Positions 52,454 to 64,000 of a stretch of 64,000 bases of DNA are shown piece after piece. Made by a program: the position numbers and the translations under genes. The stretch comes from Callorhinchus milii (taxonomy: Eukaryota). The number at the start of each line of letters is the position of its first letter. Positions within the stretch are counted from its first letter, which is position 1. Location of the stretch: NCBI RefSeq assembly GCF_018977255.1, contig NW_024704742.1:127288001-127352000 (forward strand), in the 5' to 3' direction. The notes under the pieces were generated by a model. The model was not told the origin of the DNA and made no database searches. It saw nothing but the letters and a program-made list of their open reading frames with translations.

Positions 52454-55406
52454 CAGGACATCAGATTGATCCACATGGCTCTTCCTCTGATATTTCTTCC
52501 TTCCCACTACATGTGTTCAGCCTTTGCTGCTTCCCATTTAGGAGATTAAATTGAGCCCATTTGTACTTGGTTTATGGAAGGAGCAGACTTGATGGCCTCT
52601 TTTCATTCCATGTTTTTACATTCTCATGCAACTGTTTGTTGAGGTGGATGTTAAAGATACTGGCTGCCATGTTTGCCCACAAAATAGTCAATTCATTTTA
52701 CAGTCTATCCTGTGAAGCACTGAATTGCAATGTCAGTCTTGACTGAATTGAAATTCCTGATGTGGGGATTGAACCCATAACATTCCGACTCAGCAGCAAG
52801 AGTGCTTTCAATTGAGCCAGGCTGACATTTATACTACAGGCCAGAATTGGCTTTGGTTTCGAAAGGTTTCCACTGTGTTGGTAGACTAATCCATACAGAA
52901 TTCATTGCTACCAACATCTCCATTTCTGTAGCATGTGACTGTCAGGATGGTGCAAGACAGACTAGATGGACCACGGTATTTTTTCTTCCAGCAATTTTTA
53001 CGTTCCTACAGAAATGGTGCTGGACAACAAGTAGGGATATGGGAGGTAGAAGGACGGAACAGGCATGGTCAAAAAGGTAGGTTTAGAGGCGGCTTTTAAA
53101 GACAGATAGAGAGGGTTAGATGGAATGCCAGAGGGAGGGTGTGTTGGAATTTGGGGGCAGTTGCTAAACGTTTGGTCACCAATGATGAGGAGGAGTGGAA
53201 TGGTGTCAGGGCTGAATGTTAACTAATTATGCAAAGATGTAAAATGTGAATCACTAACAGATCAAGGAGAAAACTATTTTATTTGGAAGAACTTTAATTT
53301 GTCTTCTTACTGTAAATCAACAGCAATAATTGTTCAGATTTAAGGATACAAGGGGGGAAAAAAACAATCCATTTTATCCACAATTACAGAATGAAACTCT
53401 TAGGAGGAAAACATTGCTCAAACATATGTTCTTGACAAACTGGATCTGAACAATACAGAGCTTATGGCACATCACAATTTCAAAAGCAAATATGCAATTC
53501 AGTATTTTACAGCACAAGCCACAGATTGGATGCACAATATTGCACGTTTCAAGTATTATTAGAATTTCCTTTGATACACTTTTCTGGTACACATTCATCA
53601 CTGTCAAAAAGCTTAAATATATTAAGTGACTACAAATAGCTACACAAGTTATCGTGTAAAATCCTTCCATCTTAACAACATTTCACCACAATACCTGTTT
53701 TGTAATTTTTTGTGTGAAAGAAGTTAGTTGTTTCAAGAAAAACAGATTTACTTCACATTTGGAAAATGTCTAAAATTCTTTCCGCTGATTTTAATGAATC
53801 CCTTCCATCTTTGTGCGCAGCTATCAAGCACACAGAAAGCGCATCACCATCAGTGGCTCCCAAGATTCTTCTGTGTCTCGGATTATAAATACATGGGGAA
53901 TACCGTTACCATTTAACTAACACCAATTAGAAATCGAACACATTTCAAAAACATGTCATGACTTAAAACCACAGAAATATTTTCTTGATATTGCTGAATC
54001 CACATTAACTTTAAAGAGGGAATGATATATATCTAAAAAAGAGAAATTTGCAGGGGTAAATGGGATTGAATAGATTACTCTTTCAAAGAGTTGGTAAATG
54101 CACAATGGGCCGAAGGGGTTTCTTCTGTGTTGTAACTTTCTATTGTTTTATGACTTTGACGTCAATCTTAGCTGGGGATGGAACTACATCCAAATCCTGT
54201 TTTAATAAGTGTCGCTGAGATGTCTGAAGAAGAACATTAGAGCTTAAGAGTTGCTCAGACTTTCTTACTTGTTGAGTACCTAAAGGATGCGTTTTGAAGT
54301 CTTGCTTACGTGTTGGTAAACATCATTCACCATGACAAGTTTCTCATTTACCAAAACTGTACAACTGTAGATGCCACTGCTATGAACTTTTAATGCTGAA
54401 ACACAATGCTTCTATTTATGGTTTGGTATCAACATTTGTTTTGTTCAGTAGAACACCGACTGAGTCTATTTTATCATGCACATTCCAATGTATATGATAC
54501 TAGTAAACATTTTTTAAAAATGTTGGTACATTTAAAGGGATGGTACTTATAACAGTTCTTTTTTGGCCTTCAACATTGTTTGCTGAAAAGGATGTCATCC
54601 TATTATGTCCACTCCATATCAACTACTTGGAATGGAGCCCTAGATTAAGGAATGAAAAAACTTTTATCATTAAGTACTGATCCACAAATAACTAAGAGTT
54701 TAACTATGGCATTCTCTTCAACTTTAACTGAGGTAAGGGCACCGAATACAATTAGTTAAGGCAAATAGAAACAAAAATCTCTATGTGGAATGGACTACCT
54801 CAGGAAGCCTTTGGTTACATAATCAACTGAGCTTTTCAAAAGAAAGATGAGGACAGTTTGTAAATAATGAACATAGAATCATATCATAGAATCATACAGC
54901 ACAGAAGGAGGCCAATCGGCCCTTCGTGCCTGTGTTGGCTCTTTGAAAGAGCTACCAATTAGACCCATTCCCACTTGCAAAATAAAATACAGGAAAAAGG
55001 CAGGGAAATGGAAATAAATAAAAGTTGTCATAGACTTAATTGTAGAGGATGACCTGTGCCCGTTCCTATGTCCTGTACCCTGGCAAAAATGGTATAGCGA
55101 TGGCTTGAGTGCCTCATAACGTTAGAGCTAAAGCCCTTGAGAAGGAATCAACAATGGGTGCTACTGGAAAAAAGGTCACAAGCTAAAGTAAAATTAATAG
55201 GAGCTAACAGCTAGGATATTTTTTGTACAGTTCGTTTGTTGAATTGCTGTGTTTTTTTAAAAAATAATCGTTGCTGTTTTGTAAAACGTGCTTGGTAAAT
55301 AATTTGAAAAATCAAATAAACTGAATATAGTGGTTGTAATTGATGATTTTTCTTACATTTCATGCAGCCCCATGAATTAGATTGCCCTGTTTAATCAACA
55401 AATTAT

Positions 55407-55412
55407 TTTATT
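55407..55412 (-). terminator. Candidate EPG5 polyadenylation signal
   Basis: AATAAA on the minus strand about 690 nt after the stop codon. Confidence 0.4.
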
Positions 55413-55612
55413 ACACATTTTTGAACTGATATTGACATTTACATGTTATACATTATTGTACAAAATTACAGAATTGTTTGCCAATAGCAAGCTTTTAAGT
55501 CAAAAAACAATGACCTTTTCCACCAGTTCTTTTTTTCTAGAGTAGTTTAGAAATAGCTTTCAACCTGAAACAGTGGTTTCTACTACTAAACTACTACCAG
55601 CACTAAATGGGA

Positions 55613-55934
55613 TAATTATAATAATAATCCTTGCATTTGATATAGCGCTTTTCACGTCGGGAGGACGTCCCAAAGCGCTTCACAGAACACACTGTAATGT
55701 GAATTGACTGTATATTTATGGGCAAACACGGCAGCCAATTGCACACAGCAATGTCCCACAAACAGTCGTAGATTGAAAATGACCAATTTATTATTGTTTT
55801 GGGTTTTGGAGGGATTATTATTAGGCTCTGTGTGGAGTAAAGAAACTTGCCCAAGGTTTCGCCCTCTGCCTGGAATTGAACTCAGGTCTCTCGCTTGCAA
55901 AGCGAGTGCTCTAACCACTGTGCTACAGGTCTCC
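55613..55934 (-). mobile_element. tRNA-derived SINE in the presumed EPG5 3' UTR
   Basis: Anticodon arm CTCGC-TTTGCAA-GCGAG (TGC = Ala); same body as 2142-2468. Confidence 0.92.
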
Positions 55935-56099
55935 TGAATGGTCTGATGACTGGTTCAAATGTACAGAGGTACATTTAGCAAAGGTTTTAATGATGTTAAC
56001 CTATTAAAATACTTTAATTGGGAGATGTGTAACAGGTCTTCTTGTATTAGTGAAAATATTATAGTTTTTCGATTGAAATATGTTTGTTCAAAGCAAATT

Positions 56100-56281
56100 C
56101 TATCGGATGATGTCTAGATAATGTGCCTCAGGGTAAAGACGGTTGATAAGAACAGCTAATAATCTGTTGGTGTCACAAAGGCAGTAGCTTGTGTCTTTGA
56201 TGAAAACTGTAGCTTGTAAAATCTCTTCTTGATAGCTGGCATACTGTTTGCTTGATGACATTGATTCAAGTATGTTAATGC
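56100..56281 (-). CDS. EPG5: EPG5 last coding exon, with an apparent 1-nt deletion near its start
   Basis: NILESMSSSKQYASYQEEILQATVFIK...LYPEAHYLDIIR* matches the EPG5 C-terminus. It is 182 nt from acceptor to stop, not a multiple of 3. Confidence 0.85.
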
Positions 56282-56774
56282 CTAAAATAAAATAAAAATA
56301 TTGAAGATGCTTCATATTGCATTTTGTTAAGCACAGAATACTATAAAATTATATTGAATACTTGGTTGATATTTTTAAAGTTAAATTATATCGACATTGA
56401 TAACTTTAACATTAGTTACAAACAATTAGTGTCATAAGAGTATAATACAATCCTAAAAACAGATCTCAATGGTAGAATCATTGACTCTGAAATCTAGTAA
56501 ACCACTCAGAGGAATAGAATTTATACATATGACTCAGGATTCACTCTCCCTCAATCCAGTTGTTTTGCCCTTTCCTTCCCCACCTTCAGGTCGTGCTTGA
56601 ATACCTTCCTCTTCAACCACGTCTACGATCACCTCCCTCTCCCCCCGGTTTGTTGTCGTGCTGTACCACTGTCACACACTCTGGGACACTAGCCTGAGTG
56701 TGAAGCGCTATCCAAATGTAAGTTTCATATTTGTAACATTTGGATGTCTGTGGTGAATGCTGTCATTGGAGATT

Positions 56775-57395
56775 TATATTGCCCGCCATCGTCCGTACTT
56801 CACACCCACAGCAGCTGAAACCCTCGTTCACGCATTTGTCACTTCCTGGCTGGTCTTTTCAAATGCCCTCCTCTCCCCGAGCCCCCCAGTCCCACCATAC
56901 ATAAAATATAATTAAATTCACAACTCCGCAGCCCAGATACTAACGTACACAAAACTCTGGACCCCCATTACACCAGTCCTTGACAGGCTGCAAATTTCTG
57001 AATGGATCAACTTCAAGATCCTCTCTCTCGTTTTCAAATCCTTCATGTCCTTGCACCTCCTTACATTTCTGACTTGCTCACACCCCACTCCACCACCTGC
57101 TGCTTCCGTTCAGCCGGGTCCGGCCTCCTGCTTGTACCTTGCCCTTTGCCCCACCATCAGCGGCCGTGCTTTCAGTCACTATACTCCGAGGCTCTGGAAC
57201 TTTCTCCCCCAATCCCTCCGCCTTGCCCCCTCCATCCCCACTTTCAAATCCTGCCTAAAGACTTTCCTTTTTGATGGTGCTTACAGTCACTCCCCCCCTC
57301 CTCCCCCTGGCTCGGGGTCAGACTTCGCCACTGTCAAGCGCTCAGGGATGCTATCCAGCGTGAAGGGCGCTATATAAATGCAAGTTCTTGTTGTT
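56775..57395 (+). mobile_element. L2 3' fragment in the last EPG5 intron
   Basis: GRAFSHYTPRLWNFLP, FKSCLKTFLF and L2 tail. Confidence 0.85.
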
Positions 57396-58421
57396 ACATT
57401 ATTCTTCCAGAAGACTAGAAAATTCACCCTATCATAGAATAAAATAAGTTAACTGTCCATAGAACAGTAGAAAAGCATGTGCTTACAGAATGTATGTATT
57501 TGGATGAGAACTGAAAGTAATAAATTATATATAGTTTTGTACCTTTGTATATGTGCTTAAAACAAATTTTCTGACAGGGCAAATTATTATTTATTGCAGG
57601 AATTTAATCCTCGATTCTTACAAATCTGGAAAACTTCTGAGAGTTCTCATCATTCCTACCACTACTGGTAGCAATGTGAAGTTAAAATAAAATATTCATT
57701 GTGGCATTTGCTATAGCATGTATAACACTGAAACATCTCAAAGTTTTAACAGCCATGTGAACAGACAAATGAAGCCTTGGTTAAAAGTCTCAGCCTAGGG
57801 ATGACATCTCTCCAACAATACAGTGCTCCCCCAATAGTACGCTCAAGCGACAGCATAGACTGTGAGTTCTGATGTGTGGCTGAACTCGCAACTTTCTGGC
57901 CAGGAGACACCAATGCTGCCGACTAGGCTAGGCTGACAATACAGTAACAAATTGTACAATACCGATGCTGTAGTATTTTTAGGGGATGCTGATAGACTAC
58001 TCAGGAAATATAGTGTCCACTTGTAAGTTATGTTTTGGGGTGGGATGGTGGGAGGGAAGCAACGGGTTGAAAGAAGGGACCCTGGAGACAAATGGAGACA
58101 TCGAACATGCACTTGAATATATTCACCAATAATTTTATAATCTTATGACAGATACTTTTTGAGGGAAAAAAAAGTTACCTTTGCTAGAGAAGGGACTGAC
58201 ATATTAGAGCATGTTTTATATATTGTATGAATGATCTAATATTAGAACGAATTGCAGATCAACAGAAACTCTCCTGGGGATCTGACTTCTTAAGGAACAG
58301 CTAGAAATTTTCTTATATGAGTTGAGATACTGAAATGGTTGATTAACCTTAAGTATCCATGCCTCAGTATCTAATTGTAAATGTCTGTTTTCATATTAAC
58401 ACAAGAGCAATTCTGTGATAC

Positions 58422-58536
58422 CTGTTGTGCTTTGGGAGATGGCTGTAAATCTGTGCTAGGCTTCAGTCGAACGCAGTTCTCTGCAGGAATTTGAACCAGG
58501 AGGAATGCTGACATGCTCCGTGCCACCACCCGAAAC
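58422..58536 (-). CDS. EPG5: EPG5 penultimate exon
   Basis: [38 protein letters not shown]; ends in phase 0 at a gtatca donor. Confidence 0.93.
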
Positions 58537-58914
58537 CTGTGAACATAATGCAGCGCAATTAGAAACCTGTACAATAACCTTTGTAAATAAGTCAGGGGCT
58601 GAATACAAAGGATATTTTACAATAAGAGTTCAAAGTCCTAATGTGAAGCACTCTGAGACACTACTCTGTGTGAGAAACACTATATAAATGCAAGTCGTTG
58701 TTGAACACATAACCTTCTCACTCAATGGTGAGAGTGCTACCAACTAAGCCAGGTCGACAAAAAGAGAGATAAATGAAGAGTAACTTTCTGAAATATTTCA
58801 TAGATAGAATATCAATTCTATGAGTTTGGATAAGAATCAACCAAATTGTAAACACTCACTGAGGAAACCAATACAAACATTCAACAAAAACAGATTATAT
58901 GCATAAGCAAAAAC

Positions 58915-59050
58915 AAAATGCAAAATACTGCAAATGATGGAAATCTGAAACAAAAACAGAAGTCGCTGGGAACACTCAGCAGGTCAGACAGCATCTGTGG
59001 GGAAAGGAAAGTGAATCAACGTTTCGGGTCCATGACCCTTCGTCAGAACA
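58915..59050 (-). mobile_element. Penelope-like element terminal fragment
   Basis: Minus-strand ctgacgaagggtc...cgaaacgtt followed by ccacagatgctgtctgacctgctgagt, recalled as typical of fish PLE pseudo-LTRs. Confidence 0.65.
59015..59049 (-). ncRNA. Minimal type-I hammerhead ribozyme motif
   Basis: CUGACGA-A-GGGUC-AUG-GACCC-GAAA-CGUU: core boxes, 5-bp stem II, palindromic stem III. Confidence 0.6.
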
Positions 59051-59700
59051 GAAGCAAATGGTTGCTAAATTATACCAATATTTGGGGAGGAAATATTGTT
59101 AGGGGCTTTTCTCTATTCAGTTTGCTGAGCATTAGAAATGGGATTGTTAGAGAACATTTCACACTTTAGCAATAATTGTGTTAAATTGGATTGATCTAAT
59201 TAGATTGGTTACAGGTTTTAGGACACAGATAAAACATTAATCCTATTGAGATTATTAATCCTCCACTTTCCTTTTCTGCACATGCCATTTCATCCAATAA
59301 TTAGGGCACATTTCATTATAACTCATTTCAGGTGAAGTCTGTTTCTAAAGGACTTTGTTAAAATGAAGGTGGTGCATTTATCCAAGGAACATAAAAATAC
59401 AAGTAGAAAGTTATACTTTTTAAAAGTTCCTGAATTCATTGCATTATCTGCATCTTGATTATCACAAAGTTAAGGAATCACAAGAAATGTTTCTTGGTCT
59501 ACATGACTTAAATACTTTAAATGTATAATAGTAATTTTTTTGGACATGAACAAAGAAGTCTGCTTCTATGCAGGAGTGTATTCCATTTCAAAGATGTTTG
59601 ATGAGGTTTCTTAAATATATAAAATGGTTGCTGATGCAAGGACATCAAATTCACACCGCAAAACATTCAATTATTCTTGAATTCAGACAAAATATCCCAC

Positions 59701-59916
59701 CTATTTGAGAACGGAGACTTCTTTCCAAGACCAATTGCTCCCAGAATTCCAGAAGACTGCCTTTCCTCGGCCAGGAGGCTTTGTCTCATTTGCAGCGTAT
59801 TTAGTATGCTCGTCAAAAATTCCAATACCACGACATCACTCTGCTCAAGCTGGGTCAATGTTAATTGCAGTACTTTGTGCCACCACAGGAACAATTTAGC
59901 TTCATCGCTTGTGCAA
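59701..59916 (-). CDS. EPG5: EPG5 exon, 3rd from last
   Basis: DEAKLFLWWHKVLQL...AEERQSSGILGAIGLGKKSPFSN. Confidence 0.93.
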
Positions 59917-60886
59917 CTGTTGCAAATAAATTAGAAGCAACATTAATGTTCAGCAGAAATGAAAAAGATGTGATTTGTTTGCCAGCTTAATAGCAATATA
60001 TTCTGGTTTGAAAACGCATATGTTAATTAATGATAATAATCTTCGTATTTAATATAAATACACTGAAACGTATCAAAGCGATTCACAGTAATTACTGTTA
60101 AGTGTAGCAACTGTGTATTTGTTAAGTAAACACAACAGCCAATCTGCAAACAGCAATGTCCACAGGAAATGGATGTCCAATTTTGGGAGATTGTTGGCCA
60201 GACACCAGGAGAAAGTCCCTTCTTTTTTCAAATAGTGTTATGAATTCCTTAACATCCATCTGAACAGGCTGACAGGACTTAACACTTAATTTTTCATTTG
60301 AAGGGCAGCACATCTAAAACAATGCAGTGCTCTCAAATGCTGCATTGGAGTGTCAGCCAAGATTGAACTCAAAAGACCTCGACACAAGGTTTCAACCCAT
60401 AACCTTTTGACTCAAAGGTAAGAATGCTACCAACTAAGCCAGGCTGGTAACCTGTAATTATAAAGGTCATGTGAATTTTGGAAACAGAATTAAATCTTAA
60501 TTCAGAATCATATTGATTGCACTTCCTTTGGGTATTTAGAAATTGGCTTTCTAAAATTTATCTAAAGTAAAATTTTTAAGATTATTTTAAAAACATTTTT
60601 GCACAATATTCAATTTGAAGGCAATAGGTTTTAATCCTAAAATGTGATAATTTTAGATCCCAGAAATGGGGTCCCTTCTGGCCCTTGAAAAAGGGAATCT
60701 GTTTCTCTGGAGTTGACAGTTCAGTAGATTGAAGCAAACCTGACTGTCACAGACAGTGTGCTCTCTTCTTTAAAACAATACAATTATTTAACCCTTAAAG
60801 GTGATGAAGACCAGTCTATTAATTCTGATGTTCTTTTTGGATTTGGGCAAATTTACTTGTGGATTGTTCTGACATTCAAGTAAAAA

Positions 60887-61215
60887 TGTGGAGTCCTGTA
60901 GCTCAGGGGTTAGAGCACTTGCCTTGCAAGCGAGACACCTGGGTTTTCAATTCCAGTCAGGGCGAAACCTTGGGCAAGTTTCCTTACTCCACACAGAGCC
61001 TAATAATAATCCCTCCAAAACAAAACAATAATAAATTGGTCATTTTCAATCTACGACTGTTTGTGGGACACTGCTGTGCGCAATTGGCTGCCGCGTTCGC
61101 CCACAAATATACGGTCAATTCACTTTGCAGCATATTTGTGAAACGCTTTGAGTCGTCTAGAAGGCTTGAAAAGCACTATATCAAATGCAAGTATTATTAT
61201 TATTATGATTATTAT
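60887..61215 (+). mobile_element. tRNA-derived SINE in an EPG5 intron
   Basis: Same family as 2142-2468. Confidence 0.9.
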
Positions 61216-61763
61216 AAAAGATAGACCAATTCAACTGCACTTGATTGACCAGTCCAAACTACATTTTACTTTGAGACGTCCTCTTGATGTGAGAGGCACT
61301 ACATCAAATGCAAGGATTATTTGTAAATGCATAGAATGCTATCATGTTTAATTAATCTTCAACTTTTCAGCATTTCTTTGGTTCTTAGCAGGGCAGTATT
61401 TTCAACCAATTAATTCAAAGTGAATTTTAAAAAAATGGTATTCCCATGTGTGTAATAAGAAGAAAACAAAAGTGAGAGGTTTTTATGTTAAGAATGTCAG
61501 AAACTCTTTTCTACTTAGTACACAGGCAGAAAATGAAAAAAAAGTTAATAAAAACGACAAAGAATAAGTTAAGCGAAAAGAAAAAAGCTGAAGCTTTTAA
61601 ATATTTTATTTTAAAGTTTATATTATTTTAATAGATATTATACACTAAAATGTGTGTTGCATTGTTGAATTTAATTAACTGATTGAGACAGGAACATTTG
61701 GAGAACAGCATCTACACTTAAAATTTGCAAACATTCTCCCAAGCTCCTCTTAATTTATATTAC

Positions 61764-61983
61764 CTCGGAAAGACTTCTTCTACCCATTTGTTAATTAGAA
61801 CCAACATCTTCATTTCATTGGACAGGGTCTGCTCCATATTCAAATGTTGAAGGATGTACACGTAGAGGGTCAAATAACTTCCCAGGTCCAAGCACTCTTT
61901 CAGAAATTCCTCTGCAGTCAGTTCGGGTACTAAAAGGGACACTAAAATAGGTCCCCATCCAAAATATTGATCATGACAGGCTC
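61764..61983 (-). CDS. EPG5: EPG5 exon, 4th from last
   Basis: [35 protein letters not shown]...[12 protein letters not shown]. Confidence 0.93.
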
Positions 61984-62084
61984 CTATACAACAACAAGAA
62001 CTGGATTACTAAAACCATCATAAATGAAGTACAAACAAATCAGCAACAATTGTTTGTTACGGATCATCATTTGTACAAATATAC

Positions 62085-62205
62085 ATAGAACCATAGAATT
62101 ATACAGCACAGAAGGATGCCATTTGGCCCATCGTGCCAGCTGTTTGAAAGAGCTGTCCAATTTAGTTCCACTCCCCGCTCTCTTCCCATAACCCTGCAAA
62201 TTTGT
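62085..62205 (-). mobile_element. Short CR1 3' tail
   Basis: Matches 19870-20000; similar tails at ~48790-48990 and ~54870-54975. Confidence 0.8.
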
Positions 62206-62767
62206 CCGGCCCTACATGTTCATATATCCAGGGCTCGGAACCCACCTTGATTAGTATGAGAGAGGTAAGCAGCTGCTGTTCAAGTCCCACATCTCCCTCT
62301 TGTGGAACCACTGTTCAATGGGTAAGGCTGTATGTATGTCTGAATTGTGGGCAAGGAAGATGGCAATGCTCCATCACATACTTCCCACATTCCTATTTGG
62401 GAGGTAAACTGAATTGGCTCCAAGGTGCCATTCATGGCAATGAAATGTCAGAATCGAGTCAATCCTTGATAGTCAGGTTTCTAAACCAGGCAGGTCCGCA
62501 GAACTTAGAGCTTGGCTCATTGTTAGGACTTGGGAGAGTCATTGGGTGCAAAGAATCTTCTGTTAATCCTGCAAGCTAAAGCGCTAATGGGTAGGCCAGT
62601 CTTAGCATTTGTTCATTTGTGAGGATATTGCACTTAATGAGTTCTGTGAGAAATTTCTTGGAGAATGTTTCTTGACTCTTTGCGCTTTCACTTATGAGAA
62701 GAATGTCACTGGCATTGATATACTGTGAGTTTGAAATTTGCATATAAAGGTTTTGCACATCTGACAT
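62201..62767 (-). pseudogene. Decayed ORF of unknown origin fused to a CR1 tail
   Basis: 189 codons in one frame from an ATG, with five in-frame stops (3 TGA, 2 TAG). Confidence 0.35.
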
Positions 62768-62862
62768 AAAAAAACACTCTTACCTCTACTTAAGTAGAAA
62801 GTGTTTATAGTGTTATAGTGTATGCAGAACAATAATTCCTCAAACATACAGATATCGCTTAC

Positions 62863-63105
62863 CATCCTTGAAATAAGCCATGATGCAGGCTTCAGTCATC
62901 TCTGCCATGTGCTTGACGGATGCAAGTCTTTGACAAGTTGCAGTTAGCAATGGTGGCACCAAATTAAATTTAGCCCTAGTTTCAGTCCAAGTCCGGAGGG
63001 ACATTCGCAGCGATTCTGCTGATGTAACACTGGTGTTGTTTAGCATTGTTAGTACTTCCATAAAAAGACTGGATACCGCCATGTGATGCATCTGACAGTC
63101 CACAC
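62863..63105 (-). CDS. EPG5: EPG5 exon, 5th from last
   Basis: VDCQMHHMAVSSLFMEVL...PPLLTATCQRLASVKHMAEMTEACIMAYFKD; phase 1/1. Confidence 0.93.
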
Positions 63106-63609
63106 CTGAGAAAGAGAAATGGAAAAAAAACTTAAAATTTCAGTGGATTTAACTAACTATACAATGGGATAGTTATTAATTACCTTCAAATCTATTTAAG
63201 AGTAATATTTGCAAATACATTGTAAAACAATTCACTGCATTACATAGTGACATATTGAGCATTATATAAAAGGTTTATTCCCACAGCTACGACTGATAAT
63301 GAAGAATCACAAAAGCCTAGTCAAGGAAACAGGTCTTCAGGTGGAATTTCACAAGATTAGTTTGATCTCAACTGATCTTATTCTTCTAGAATACCCAACC
63401 TTCTGTCCTACTGTAACAGCATCAAGCTGTTTTTGAAATGAGTCACATATCCTGGCCTCAACCACCCTCCCTGGCAACCTGTTTGTCATTAATTACCATT
63501 TGTGTAAAGAAAAACTTCCTAGTAACTGTCTTGAAAGTTAGTTATCAGATAACTGATATTTTAGGAAAACAAAATTGTAAACCTGTATTAGTTTTCAGAT
63601 TGTACTAAC

Positions 63610-63754
63610 CTGGTGGGTTAAATACCACAATGTCATCCAGTAAATTTGTCATCTCTTGTTCAAGAGTAGCATTGACTACCTGAGCATTCTGATCCAAGGT
63701 AATCAGACACTGGACAATTTGGTGGATATATGCCCTGCATTTAAGTGTAGCATC
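63610..63754 (-). CDS. EPG5: EPG5 (ectopic P granules protein 5, autophagy tether) exon, 6th from last
   Basis: DATLKCRAYIHQIVQCLITLDQNAQVVNATLEQEMTNLLDDIVVFNPP; AG/GT boundaries. Confidence 0.9.
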
Positions 63755-64000
63755 CTAAAGTAACCACATATTAAACATTAACAAAAAGCAATGACATTTG
63801 CAGAACATAACTAAAATAATAAAACATCACTTTACTCAATGTGTTGAGTGATACAAACGGATTGACTTCAAGATTCTCACACTCGTGTTCAAATCCTTCA
63901 CTCTCTGGCATCTCCCTACCTCCTCACTCCCCAATCCACCACCTGGCTCCTCCACTCGACTGGCACCGGCCTCCTGCACGTCCCTCACCCACTGCACCCC

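Noticed and set aside
62202..62579. 125-aa plus-strand ORF
   Set aside because: Ser/Cys-rich, as expected for the antisense shadow of the minus-strand frame reported above.
62765..62780. CAT-A7-CACTCT resembling a rhabdovirus gene junction
   Set aside because: Short, lacks the conserved G, and lies opposite to the presumed coding strand.
1..64000. CRISPR arrays, operons or prokaryotic defence systems
   Set aside because: The sequence is spliced eukaryotic DNA with no repeat-spacer arrays.

Overview
Vertebrate genomic DNA, probably a cartilaginous fish (inferred from the repeat families). It holds three spliced genes, all on the minus strand. At the right end are the last six coding exons of EPG5 (63754..56100). 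In the middle is a complete three-coding-exon DNAJB5 (35283..15875, about 372 aa) whose CpG-island promoter carries a perfect heat-shock element. At the left end are the first four coding exons of an AKR1A1-type aldo-keto reductase (6655..1450; the gene runs off the window). Introns and intergenic DNA are dense in L2 and CR1 LINE fragments and in a tRNA-Ala-headed, Deu-domain SINE with an L2-type tail. Main observations: (1) a decayed foreign-looking ORF fused to a CR1 3' tail in an EPG5 intron; (2) two cases of nearby unique DNA copied and joined to L2-type tails; (3) a Penelope-type minimal hammerhead ribozyme; (4) a 1-nt frameshift in the EPG5 last exon; (5) a GM(N/T) repeat expansion in DNAJB5; (6) a possible ~3 kb decayed coding relic between DNAJB5 and the AKR gene. 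I cannot demonstrate a wholly new system from sequence alone. Protein and repeat comparisons are from recall, not database searches, and repeat boundaries are approximate.
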